IMG/VR virus record: IMGVR_UViG_3300025018_000141
Coordinates: 1-64,000 of that record
Direction: 5' to 3' (one strand)
Length of the DNA stretch: 64,000 nucleotides
From: a virus
Lineage: Duplodnaviria > Caudoviricetes
In this document: one piece after another, positions 48,852 through 57,393 of the stretch
Layout of the letters: each line of letters begins with the position of its first letter
Position numbering within the stretch: position 1 is the stretch's first letter
The notes under the pieces: model-generated
What the model saw: only the letters and a program-made list of their open reading frames with translations
What the model was told of the DNA's origin: nothing
Databases searched by the model: none
Program-made: the position numbers and the translations under genes

Positions 48852-48936
48852 GGAGGAAATCCGAACGGTGAGGATGCTGCTTTGAAACCAGTTAGTCGTA
48901 ACTGACCTGCGGGTTCGATTCCTGCTTCCTCCGCCA
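48852..48936 (+). tRNA. tRNA-Ser(TGA)
   Basis: GGAGGAA/TTCCTCC, TTTGAAA loop, long variable arm, encoded CCA. Confidence 0.9.
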
Positions 48937-49009
48937 GGTCTCTTCGACAAGTGGCATAAGTCATCTACCTGCAAAGTAGACATCACGGGTTCGATTCCTG
49001 TAGAGACCT
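48937..49009 (+). tRNA. tRNA-Cys(GCA)
   Basis: GGTCTCT/AGAGACC, TCTAC-CTGCAAA-GTAGA, U73. Confidence 0.92.
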
Positions 49010-49015
49010 CTAAAA

Positions 49016-49090
49016 AGACGCATAGTCGAGCGGAAAGACGCTTCTCTGATAAAGAAGAAATCGGTTGTTCGATTCAACCTGTGTCTACCA
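49016..49090 (+). tRNA. tRNA-Ile(GAT)
   Basis: AGACGCA/TGTGTCT, CTTCT-CTGATAA-AGAAG, encoded CCA. Confidence 0.9.
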
Positions 49091-49162
49091 AGGGGTGTAG
49101 CTAAGCGGTAAAGCATTACTCTTATAAAGTAAAGATCATACGTTCGAATCGTATCGTCCCTA
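49091..49162 (+). tRNA. tRNA-Ile(TAT)
   Basis: AGGGGTG/CGTCCCT, TTACT-CTTATAA-AGTAA, A73. Confidence 0.88.
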
Positions 49163-49197
49163 CATAAACTAATAACACACAAATGTTATAGAAATAT

Positions 49198-50031
49198 ATG
49201 GCAAAATCTAAAAAAAAGATAGAAATCTCCAATAAAAAACCTTCATTAAAGCGTATTGCTGCTGAAATTAACAAAAAGTTTGGATCCAATATAATCGGAA
49301 CTATGAAGGATATGTCAAGTATCAAAACAGAAAGATTCTCTTCTGGCATCAAAAAAATGGATGATGCTATTGGTGGCGGATATCCTACAAGAAGAATTGT
49401 AGAGCTATATGGTGTCCCTTCTGGAGGAAAGAGCCTTATATCTCTTTTAATTATTGCAAGCGCTCAAAAGAAAAAAAGAGAGTGCGTGTATATTGATGTA
49501 GAAGATTCTTTTGATCCTGCTTTTGCTACAAAACTAGGAGTGAATATGGATGATCTTATTATTATGCAGTCTTCTATTGGAGAAAGTACTTTAGAAACAG
49601 TCTGTTCTTTGCTTGCCGCAGAACCTGGAGTTATTGTAATAGATTCTGTTGCGGCAATGATTACTCAGGGGGAAATGGACGAAGGTCTTGAAAAGGCATT
49701 CATGGCTCCAAAGGCGCGACTTATGTCTAAAGCATTGGCAAAAATAAACGCATTGAATAAAGATACTCTTATTATCTTTATAAACCAACTACGATCAACA
49801 CTCACAATGTACGGACCGCCAACCACAACAACGGGTGGAAGATCACTTGCCCACTATGCTTCGATTCGAGTTGAAGTAAAAAAGGCGGATAAGATATTCT
49901 TTGAAGATAAAAAAACTAAACCAGTCATAGGACAAGTTGTTGCCTTTAATGTAACAAAGAATAAAACTGCAATTCCCTTCAGGACAGGAAGCTTTAAGTT
50001 CTTTTACGAAGACGGACATATAGAAGAATAA
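49198..50031 (+). CDS. recA: RecA-like recombinase (short, lacks C-terminal domain)
   Basis: GRIVE-like RRIVELYGVPSGGKS, IDVE, VIDSVAA, FINQLR, LAHYASIRVEV. Confidence 0.9.
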   Translation: MAKSKKKIEISNKKPSLKRIAAEINKKFGSNIIGTMKDMSSIKTERFSSGIKKMDDAIGGGYPTRRIVELYGVPSGGKSLISLLIIASAQKKKRECVYIDVEDSFDPAFATKLGVNMDDLIIMQSSIGESTLETVCSLLAAEPGVIVIDSVAAMITQGEMDEGLEKAFMAPKARLMSKALAKINALNKDTLIIFINQLRSTLTMYGPPTTTTGGRSLAHYASIRVEVKKADKIFFEDKKTKPVIGQVVAFNVTKNKTAIPFRTGSFKFFYEDGHIEE

Positions 50032-50050
50032 TTATATTGTATAATGTAGT

Positions 50051-50665
50051 ATGACAGATATAGATAAGAATTGGATCGAATACTGCGAACTTCTGAAAAA
50101 AACTGGACGAGAGGGTATAGACAATCTAATCAAATATCTCGAGTCTGTCGATATGAAGGATGATCCAGCATCTGCTAAGTATCATTCAAACTACGCTGGC
50201 GGACTTGTCAAACATTCTTTAAATGTTTACAAATATGCAATACATAATAATAAAGTCCTCAAATTAGATCTTCCTGAAAACGAAATTATAATTGCTTCCT
50301 TACTTCACGATATTTGTAAAACAAAATACTACATCAAGGGAACGGCATGGGATAAAGAATGGAAGGATCAATCTAATCAATGGAGAAAAATGAAAATATG
50401 GAAAGTTGAAGAAGAGTGGCCACTTGGTCACGGAGAAAAGTCTGTTATCATCGCATCTCGCTATGTAGAATTGACCATAGAAGAGATGTCGGCCATAAGG
50501 TGGCATATGGGAGCCTGGGATGTTTCATTACACTTCTTTTATCCAAATGGATCTCCGTTTAAATCTGCTACTGAAAGATATCCAATTGTCAAGCTATTAA
50601 TGATTGCCGATCAAGCTGCTGAACTCTACGAATCAATTCATGAAAAAAAAGAAGAAGTTTACTAA
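50051..50665 (+). CDS. HD-domain phosphohydrolase
   Basis: YH..GGLVKHSL, LLHDICK, GHGEKS, IRWHMG. Confidence 0.9.
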   Translation: MTDIDKNWIEYCELLKKTGREGIDNLIKYLESVDMKDDPASAKYHSNYAGGLVKHSLNVYKYAIHNNKVLKLDLPENEIIIASLLHDICKTKYYIKGTAWDKEWKDQSNQWRKMKIWKVEEEWPLGHGEKSVIIASRYVELTIEEMSAIRWHMGAWDVSLHFFYPNGSPFKSATERYPIVKLLMIADQAAELYESIHEKKEEVY

Positions 50666-50975
50666 TACAGGAACCGCCTGGAAAAAGAAGGAAAAAAAAG
50701 ATAGTAGGGATTTTGGCGGGCAAATGGTAAAGGGAAGTGGAAATTCATGGGCAAATCCTGGAGATGTGAAGACGATAGATTTTTTAATCGAGGTAAAGCA
50801 AACAGATAAGAAATCATATTCTGTTTCGCTTGAAAAATGGCAGAAAATTTCGGACGAAGCACTTTTTTCATACCGCATTCCTTTAATGTCTATTTTAATT
50901 AAAGACGTTGAATTAATAATAATGGAAAAGGGTGATTTTTTAAAACTACTTAAGCAGACAGAGTTGATAGAATAA
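50640..50975 (+). CDS. Phage Holliday-junction resolvase-like PD-(D/E)XK nuclease
   Basis: GSGN...GDV...IEVKQTDKKS. Confidence 0.75.
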   Translation: MKKKKKFTNTGTAWKKKEKKDSRDFGGQMVKGSGNSWANPGDVKTIDFLIEVKQTDKKSYSVSLEKWQKISDEALFSYRIPLMSILIKDVELIIMEKGDFLKLLKQTELIE

Positions 50976-51107
50976 TCTTTTCATTAATTTTATCTTTATT
51001 ACCCCCTTCTTCTGGAGTGATGAAAATATAACTTTCCCATTTTTATCAGTACAAATTCAAGATAAAGAGATAGTCGTACTATTTAAGGAAGATTTTTTGC
51101 ATTTTAT

Positions 51108-51189
51108 AAAAAAAGACTAGGGTTGGGTGAACACTAACCAAAACACTCACATGTAGTATGTGAAAATAAGGAAGTACCAACCCTAGTCT
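51108..51189 (-). ncRNA. Candidate ~82-nt small RNA with paired ends
   Basis: TGA-TATAAT (51197-51205, minus strand); 12-bp GACTAGGGTTGG/CCAACCCTAGTC end stem; internal hairpin; U7 tail. Confidence 0.45.
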
Positions 51190-51202
51190 GACATAAATTA
51201 TA

Positions 51203-51628
51203 TCATAGTCTTAATTTGTTCTTTATAATAGATATGACGAGCGAATCATGACCTGAACTCGGGTATACTCTTTTTATAACTTCTGGATTTTCAAGAGCTG
51301 TGTCGTTTTTCAATATTCCCACCTTCATGAGTCCATCTACTATCATTTTATCATCAAGATTACTAGTATCAATTGATCGTTTTCCCTTGTAGTATGCTTC
51401 TATTATCACAGTGGCGAATGATATGTCTTCTCTATTTTTTGCATATGCTTGTATGAGATCTGCTATTTCATCTCTATATTTTTGATATGTTCTCCAGTGA
51501 GCTGTCACTGTTCTATTTCTTGATTTTGCTCTATAATCGGGGATTGTAATTACGTTTTTATTATGAGAAGAAGCTCCACTAGCGTGGTTGATTTTAGATG
51601 GAAGCAGAATGTTGGGGTTTATAGCCAT
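51203..51628 (-). CDS. rusA: RusA-like resolvase
   Basis: IDTSNLDDKMIVDGLMKVGILKND. Confidence 0.7.
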   Translation of the reverse strand: MAINPNILLPSKINHASGASSHNKNVITIPDYRAKSRNRTVTAHWRTYQKYRDEIADLIQAYAKNREDISFATVIIEAYYKGKRSIDTSNLDDKMIVDGLMKVGILKNDTALENPEVIKRVYPSSGHDSLVISIIKNKLRL

Positions 51629-51807
51629 GAGTAATCCTCTGGCATATTATCCCTCTTATTTTCTGGTGCCCACCAGCCCATTTTGTTAGCTTTTAAATAT
51701 GCTCTTGAGCATTTTGTAGAACAGAATTTTTTCTTACTAAATCGTTTCTTGCTTTCAAACTTTCTCTTGATAAGCTCGCCATCACATTGAAGACATTTTC
51801 TCTCCAT
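51619..51807 (-). CDS. Small Zn-finger protein
   Basis: CLQCD...FCSTKC. Confidence 0.55.
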   Translation of the reverse strand: MERKCLQCDGELIKRKFESKKRFSKKKFCSTKCSRAYLKANKMGWWAPENKRDNMPEDYSWL

Positions 51808-51955
51808 GATGCAGAAAGTAAGAAATCATTGTAAATTTTAGTGATAATGACATCCTTACTAATATCAAGCTAGCACACTAATTTAATATACGCAAGAGGT
51901 CAGTCTTGCATATTATAATGGGGATGACGTGAAACTTAATAGTGGTGGGTAGATT

Positions 51956-52267
51956 TTAGGCGATTACTGTCTCTGCTCCAAAATATTTATCATCTTTTTC
52001 AAGCAGTTCAATGATTAGGTTTGCTTCTTCTCTTGAATATTTTCTCCAAGTTTTTTTCTTTTCTTCTCCAGAAATATTTTCTGGTCGGCCTGGAAAATTT
52101 AATTTAGCTTCTTTTCTGTAGAATGTCGGACGCGTGACTGGTAAACGTTTAGTTTTTACCCCATGTTTATTCATCTTCCACATTCTATCTTCTGGTAGCT
52201 TTTTGTTATAAATGTCCCAAATTTCCTGTAGGATTAATCCAACAGTAATGTACGGAAATACTCTCAT
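51956..52267 (-). CDS. HTH DNA-binding protein (MerR/AlpA-like, putative)
   Basis: VTRPTFYRKE...RKYSREEANLI. Confidence 0.5.
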   Translation of the reverse strand: MRVFPYITVGLILQEIWDIYNKKLPEDRMWKMNKHGVKTKRLPVTRPTFYRKEAKLNFPGRPENISGEEKKKTWRKYSREEANLIIELLEKDDKYFGAETVIA

Positions 52268-52273
52268 ATGTTT

Positions 52274-52729
52274 TCACCTCCCCTTAACGGGAATAAATTT
52301 TAATTTTAGAAAGGGGATTTTTCCCTCAATTTCTAAGTGATGCTTTCTACAAAACCATTTAACTTTTAATGGACTTCTATAATCTGGATGATGAGCCTCT
52401 ACATTTTCATCTCCACAAATTTCACATAGTAATTTTTTTAACCTGCCATCTCTTAAAGCATTAGATACTGCATATCTACACCGAGCTTTACCCTTATTTT
52501 TTCCCCTTCTTTTTCTCTGATACTCTAAAGCCATTTTTCTACGTTCTGGTCTTTTCCAACGCTCTTTTTCATATTCTACATAATGCTCTCTATTATTTCG
52601 ATAATTTTTATTAACATCAGCCTTAGTACATAATTTACATTTGTTCAGAAATCCATCAGCCATTTGATTATGTTTATAAAATTCATCTATCTCCTTCATA
52701 ACACCACATTTACAACATTTTTTTTTCAT
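52274..52729 (-). CDS. HNH-type endonuclease
   Basis: CCKCG..FYKH..CKLC; CEICG..EAHHPDY..WFCRKHH. Confidence 0.85.
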   Translation of the reverse strand: MKKKCCKCGVMKEIDEFYKHNQMADGFLNKCKLCTKADVNKNYRNNREHYVEYEKERWKRPERRKMALEYQRKRRGKNKGKARCRYAVSNALRDGRLKKLLCEICGDENVEAHHPDYRSPLKVKWFCRKHHLEIEGKIPFLKLKFIPVKGR

Positions 52730-52735
52730 TTATCA

Positions 52736-52764
52736 ACTATACACAGAACTAGAACGGTTGTCAA
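52736..52764 (-). promoter_or_regulatory. Promoter for leaderless mRNA
   Basis: TTGACA-17-TATAGT-6 nt-ATG. Confidence 0.75.
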
Positions 52765-52777
52765 GTCTAAAATGGTG

Positions 52778-53518
52778 TCAAAATGGAATATCATCATTGT
52801 TGATATCTTCATCCTCGTCTTCTTTTTTATCTTTCTTTTTTTCAATGGGTCCTTTTCTATCAGGAAAATCATCTAACCCATCAGCACTGCTATTGTCCTT
52901 GCTCTCTTCACTTGAATTGCTTTGCTGTTGATTGGCGGCACTTCCATCGAGTTCTTTATTTGGCTCATTTTGTTCTATTTTTTTCGCCAACTTTTTAAAC
53001 TCATTGAAATACCATTCATCTTGATCTGTCCAGTCCCATACTTTTTCGCCCTGCTTTTCTTTTTGAACTGGTTGTGGAACTCCATTTGGATTTGCTTTAT
53101 TAGAAAATCTCTTGATTCCCTTCCCATCTTGAAGAATAAATACGCGAGAATATCCATCTTCATCTTTGTTTGCAATGAAGGTAAGCTTTTCTGCGATATT
53201 ACAACCTGGAGATAAAAGTGTATTAATAATGTCTTTATTTTGTGGATTATCAAGTCCTCCATTAAATTGAACTTGTACTTCATCATCTAGAGTAACATTC
53301 ATACTTTTGAATGTTTTCCCATCAAACTCATTTGATCTGAGCTCTATTTTGGTAATAATTCCCGATGTGTGATTATAAAGTCTTTCATAAATGACTTTTC
53401 CACTTTTTAGCGTTCGCTCTACAGCCTTCTCTACATCTTTTTTCACTCGTTGTGCAAGATATCCATTTACCACTGAAAGATAAACAATGTTGGAATTTGA
53501 TTCTCCTAATGTTGCCAT
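52778..53518 (-). CDS. ssb: Single-stranded DNA-binding protein
   Basis: OB-like beta-rich core, acidic tail ending DDIPF. Confidence 0.75.
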   Translation of the reverse strand: MATLGESNSNIVYLSVVNGYLAQRVKKDVEKAVERTLKSGKVIYERLYNHTSGIITKIELRSNEFDGKTFKSMNVTLDDEVQVQFNGGLDNPQNKDIINTLLSPGCNIAEKLTFIANKDEDGYSRVFILQDGKGIKRFSNKANPNGVPQPVQKEKQGEKVWDWTDQDEWYFNEFKKLAKKIEQNEPNKELDGSAANQQQSNSSEESKDNSSADGLDDFPDRKGPIEKKKDKKEDEDEDINNDDIPF

Positions 53519-53570
53519 AAAAAATTTATATTAATTTATAATTTTTTAACTAATTTATATAATTGTCGTT

Positions 53571-53599
53571 ATTATATCAATTTTATATATATTTGTCAA
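53571..53599 (-). promoter_or_regulatory. Strong promoter for ssb
   Basis: TTGACA-17-TATAAT with TG extension. Confidence 0.8.
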
Positions 53600-53602
53600 T
53601 AA

Positions 53603-54181
53603 CTAAGCTATTCTTTTAAATGAAAGCCTGTTTCCAACTATGTTAATTTTACTTTTATTTGTCAAAAATTCTTGGACTACTGATCCTCCAATTGACGCTA
53701 CCATATTAACAAAAGACGATGCGCCTTGCATTTCACAAATATCAAACCCTGACGTAATATCAGACGGGACAGTATAATTTTCAGCCCATTCAATAGCAAA
53801 TGTAAATGTATCTGAAAAACCCATATGCAATAGTTCAATTTTTTCCTGAATTGCTATTTTTTGTAAAGCAGACCGAGCATTATAATTATCAAAGCAATCT
53901 ATTATTAAACCATATGAACCTGCACTGTAGAAAGTTTTGTTGATATTAACACTCAATATTTCAATCTCTTTTTGAAACTGTTTATAAATATTAAACTGGA
54001 GAGCCTCAATTTTTGACAATCCAACTTGACTGGGCATATAGAATTGTGTGCCAGCCACTGTATTTCGCTCTTCTACCGTGTCTCGGTCTAAAACAGTTAT
54101 AATATGACCTCTTAGATCTGAAACGAGCCTAGCGGTCAAATTAGAGCCTATGGCACCAATTCCAGCGATTAGTATATTCAT
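53603..54181 (-). CDS. E1/ThiF-family adenylyltransferase #2
   Basis: IAGIGAIGSNL, DRDTVEERN, DCFDNYNAR, Cys in GFDICE. Confidence 0.88.
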   Translation of the reverse strand: MNILIAGIGAIGSNLTARLVSDLRGHIITVLDRDTVEERNTVAGTQFYMPSQVGLSKIEALQFNIYKQFQKEIEILSVNINKTFYSAGSYGLIIDCFDNYNARSALQKIAIQEKIELLHMGFSDTFTFAIEWAENYTVPSDITSGFDICEMQGASSFVNMVASIGGSVVQEFLTNKSKINIVGNRLSFKRIA

Positions 54182-54801
54182 AGTAATTCTCCATTCTCGT
54201 TATATATTTCACTGGTATTAAAATTATTATAATTTCTTGGAATTTCAGTATGTTTTTTTTTGAAAATAATACTATTTTTTTTATTTTGATGTGGTGCTTC
54301 GCCAATCTGAACTTTTTCAGTTATTTCGTCTATTGCGGCAAGCTTTACTTCTCTGTCTTCGTATGAAATTTCCCATGGAATATTTGGAATAGTACACCGA
54401 ATAGGAGAATATATATCAACTTGTGCTAGTAGTTCTTCTTTTTTATTTGTAACAATAGAAAGCATCCAATTACTGCGATCTGTTTCGTTGTCAAAATCAC
54501 TAATCGTATTTAGATCTACAGAGCTAAAAAAAACATCCATATCGGCGTGGGAATGCCACCATAACTTCCAGTCGGCCAAATCTCCACCCTCGACAAGAAT
54601 ATCGTCATAAAATTTTCCGAGCTCTCTTCGATCCAATACTGTTTCTGTTCTGGTAACTCGTTGACGAAAAATTTTCACATCCTGTACTAAAATAACATCA
54701 TCAACTCTTTGAATTTTTCCAAGTCCACTGATTTCGTACTTAATTCCATTAACATATGCCCGCATTTTTTGATAAACCTTTACTGGAAATATAATTTTCA
54801 T
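54178..54801 (-). CDS. JAB/MPN metalloprotease #1 (deubiquitinase-like)
   Basis: YEISG (catalytic E), WWHSHADMDVFFSSVD. Confidence 0.9.
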   Translation of the reverse strand: MKIIFPVKVYQKMRAYVNGIKYEISGLGKIQRVDDVILVQDVKIFRQRVTRTETVLDRRELGKFYDDILVEGGDLADWKLWWHSHADMDVFFSSVDLNTISDFDNETDRSNWMLSIVTNKKEELLAQVDIYSPIRCTIPNIPWEISYEDREVKLAAIDEITEKVQIGEAPHQNKKNSIIFKKKHTEIPRNYNNFNTSEIYNENGELL

Positions 54802-54842
54802 AATATTTAAATTTAAAACGTAGGTCTAAATGTATCATTCAG

Positions 54843-56366
54843 TTAACTTTGCTGTTCTGTTAATCTTCGACTATATTCCTGCTGGCTTTCTACTTGTTGC
54901 AAACCTCGTAGTACATTTTCAGCAGTCATACTTTGCTCTGATATTCTGTCTCGCGCTCTGCTTCGCCCAAATGTTGGATATTCACAAGTTATTCTAAAAA
55001 TATTTCCTCGAGTCAACAACCTTGAAATCATACCCCTTTCGAAATCTTGTTCATTGGCAAAAAAACGTGAGACAATTCTGCCTTGATCCATAACTGAGTC
55101 CGCCCTCTCTGTCATCATCATTGGTATCCCATTTCTTAGTTCAAAACTTACATAAATCATAAACTGATGATCTCCTCTTGATCTGATCTCTATGTCGACG
55201 GCTTTCCAATCTGAGCCGCGCTCTCCTGTTTGGGGGAGGCCACTCATTTCTTGTTTTATTAAATCTAAAAAGTAATATGCTGCCCTAGATTTTAAACCAA
55301 CTCTGTAAAGAACTTCTAGAAAATCCCTATCAACTTCTTGATCTAAGGAGCTACTTGTTGCTCCTCCATAATATCTTCTTATTTCTTCAGTCGACATTGC
55401 CGAAGATTGAGAGTTTATTAAACCAACGGAGCTCTCATCATATGTCAAATATTCGGATGTACTAGTTGCAGTAGAACCATCAGAGACTACAAGGTCCTGC
55501 ATCTGCCTTGCCAATTCTTCTGGCACTCCACTTATCCTATCAAGCTTGTTTAATTGGTCGTGTTTCTCAAAATTATAGCCTTTCTTTGTTTTTTTTGCAT
55601 TTTCTAAAAATTGTTCCCACCCAAGTTCTTTATCACCATCTTTTCCTAAATATCCAGCCCTTGTTTCTGGACTTTTAATATAATCAATTAAATCGATTAT
55701 GAGCTCATAAAGATCTTGAGAAGAAAATTCATTTTCAATGTCTTGTCCAATGTTCCCCCAACAGGGTTTTGTTCTTAAAATTGTTGGGCTGTCGTAGTCT
55801 CCAAAGCGTTGGTCAATATTTAAAATCTGAATAGCTTCGTGATATGAATTTTCAGAAAAATCAATTCGTATTTGATATCTTCCTATTTCTTTTGGTTTGT
55901 CCCATCCATCCTTTACTACTGTTAATGGAGTGGTGGTTATAATAACCCTCTTATAAGAATCTACGGAAAACTTATCAATAAGTGGATATTTTTTAAGCTT
56001 AGTTATAACTCGACGATAAGAAGCAACAAGTTCTGCTCTTTTAGTTTGAGTAAGAATATTAAACTTTTCTTCCAAGTTTGTCTTATTTTGGGTGACTATT
56101 CGTAATTTCTTTGCCTTTTCTTCCATAGTTTTTACCATTTGTTCTTCTTCTTCCTTTTTGATTTTTAGCTTTTCACCAATAAATTTAGCTTTTTCTTTTG
56201 CAAAATGAGCCACAGTTTCCGCTACTCCTTCTATTTTTTTTGATTTTCGTTTTGTTGTTTTTTTGCCAATAGAGCCAGACCACAATGAGGTTGTGCCTGG
56301 CTCACTTGACGTTGCCAAGTCGACCCCTAAAGTTAGTTCAGGCATTGGCGGTATAAATGATGCCAT
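54843..56366 (-). CDS. Prokaryotic E2-like protein with coiled-coil N-terminus and long C-terminal extension
   Basis: GRYQIRIDF...DSPTILRTKPCWGN (Cys codon 55761-55763)...LIIDLIDYIKS; between Ubl and JAB. Confidence 0.65.
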   Translation of the reverse strand: MASFIPPMPELTLGVDLATSSEPGTTSLWSGSIGKKTTKRKSKKIEGVAETVAHFAKEKAKFIGEKLKIKKEEEEQMVKTMEEKAKKLRIVTQNKTNLEEKFNILTQTKRAELVASYRRVITKLKKYPLIDKFSVDSYKRVIITTTPLTVVKDGWDKPKEIGRYQIRIDFSENSYHEAIQILNIDQRFGDYDSPTILRTKPCWGNIGQDIENEFSSQDLYELIIDLIDYIKSPETRAGYLGKDGDKELGWEQFLENAKKTKKGYNFEKHDQLNKLDRISGVPEELARQMQDLVVSDGSTATSTSEYLTYDESSVGLINSQSSAMSTEEIRRYYGGATSSSLDQEVDRDFLEVLYRVGLKSRAAYYFLDLIKQEMSGLPQTGERGSDWKAVDIEIRSRGDHQFMIYVSFELRNGIPMMMTERADSVMDQGRIVSRFFANEQDFERGMISRLLTRGNIFRITCEYPTFGRSRARDRISEQSMTAENVLRGLQQVESQQEYSRRLTEQQS

Positions 56367-56368
56367 TT

Positions 56369-56608
56369 TTATTTTCCTCCACCTTCAATGTTTTTTACTA
56401 AAATTACGCGATCTCCTTCTTCGAGATCTGTATACATATCATCGACTTCTTCTCCGTTTACATTGACGATTTCTGATTCTTTTTTGGAAAAACCAGCCGC
56501 TTTGATTGCTGCCATAACAGTTCTATCTCCGTTTAGAGAATAGTCTTCTGCTTTGGATCCTGCACGACCAACTTTAACCATAATGTCTCCTGCTTTCTTT
56601 TTACCCAT
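56369..56608 (-). CDS. Ubiquitin-like (beta-grasp) protein, 79 aa, ends GGGK
   Basis: VKVGRAG...TVMAAIKAAG...VNGEEV...LEEGDRVILVKNIEGGGK; SD GAAAGGGGGTGA. Confidence 0.88.
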   Translation of the reverse strand: MGKKKAGDIMVKVGRAGSKAEDYSLNGDRTVMAAIKAAGFSKKESEIVNVNGEEVDDMYTDLEEGDRVILVKNIEGGGK

Positions 56609-56642
56609 ATTATTTTCACCCCCTTTCAATTTTGTTTTCTTT

Positions 56643-57308
56643 TTAAAAAAATTTAACATTTTTTATATCTAAATTTATATTAAAAGGAATCTCTTCCTTT
56701 TTTGCATATTTTTTAACAAGATTTGCCACCAATCCCCCACACATAAAAACATTGTATACCACTGATCTTTCGGTACAGGGAGCCTGATAGGGTTTTTTAT
56801 TGGGGTCGAGTGTCTTTATGTAGTTATGGATCGAATGAGAGCTTAAAGGACTAGCAAGAAGTATCCGAATAAGATCGCCAGCCATTCTTACGTCTATGTA
56901 TAAATCAAACTTAAAAGGAATGTCTTTCATGAAGGTTTCCCAAACTTTTCTTCTTTCTTCTATAGAATCAACACCACAAATAATAATTTTTGCATATTCT
57001 TCTGGTATTTCATCATAAAATTTGTTTTTTATTGTTTTTATAGAAAATCCTGTTTCTTTTAGAATTTTATCTTTTAAGGCGTCTACTTTAAATTTTCCCA
57101 TGTCTTCTGGAGAATAATATTGCGCAGGAGTATTTTTTTCTTCTACAGTGTCAAAATCAAATACCGTGATATCTTGGCAGCCCATCTTTGTGAGTGCTAA
57201 TGTGGTCCAACTTCCAATTCCGCCAGCTCCTATAACCCAAATCGGAAACTCTAATTCATCTGGCCTAACAATATCCAATTGTCGTGCGTATGTTTTATTT
57301 TGGTTCAT
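56643..57308 (-). CDS. E1/ThiF-family activating enzyme #1
   Basis: VIGAGGIGSW, DFDTVEEKN, GVDSIEERR, DVRM, Cys in APCTER. Confidence 0.92.
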   Translation of the reverse strand: MNQNKTYARQLDIVRPDELEFPIWVIGAGGIGSWTTLALTKMGCQDITVFDFDTVEEKNTPAQYYSPEDMGKFKVDALKDKILKETGFSIKTIKNKFYDEIPEEYAKIIICGVDSIEERRKVWETFMKDIPFKFDLYIDVRMAGDLIRILLASPLSSHSIHNYIKTLDPNKKPYQAPCTERSVVYNVFMCGGLVANLVKKYAKKEEIPFNINLDIKNVKFF

Positions 57309-57355
57309 ATTAAAAGTGTGAATAGTATTATGCTAATTCGACAAAATTGATTCAT
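57305..57355 (-). CDS. 16-aa uORF coupled to E1 start
   Basis: MNQFCRISIILFTLLI*, 9 nt after -10, ATGA overlap with E1. Confidence 0.35.
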   Translation of the reverse strand: MNQFCRISIILFTLLI

Positions 57356-57364
57356 ATTATATAT

Positions 57365-57393
57365 AATATACCAAATTATAATAAATTTGTCAA
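57365..57393 (-). promoter_or_regulatory. Promoter of Ubl conjugation operon
   Basis: TTGACA-17-TATATT. Confidence 0.7.

Noticed and set aside
56609-56659. Longer 96-aa start for the Ubl
   Set aside because: A strong SD (GAAAGGGGGTGA) directly precedes ATG 56608; the extension is SD-derived sequence
53603-57308. Thiamine/molybdopterin sulfur-transfer operon as the explanation for the ThiF and Ubl genes
   Set aside because: No thiG, moaE or rhodanese partners in the window, and an E2-like gene is present; disfavoured but not formally excluded
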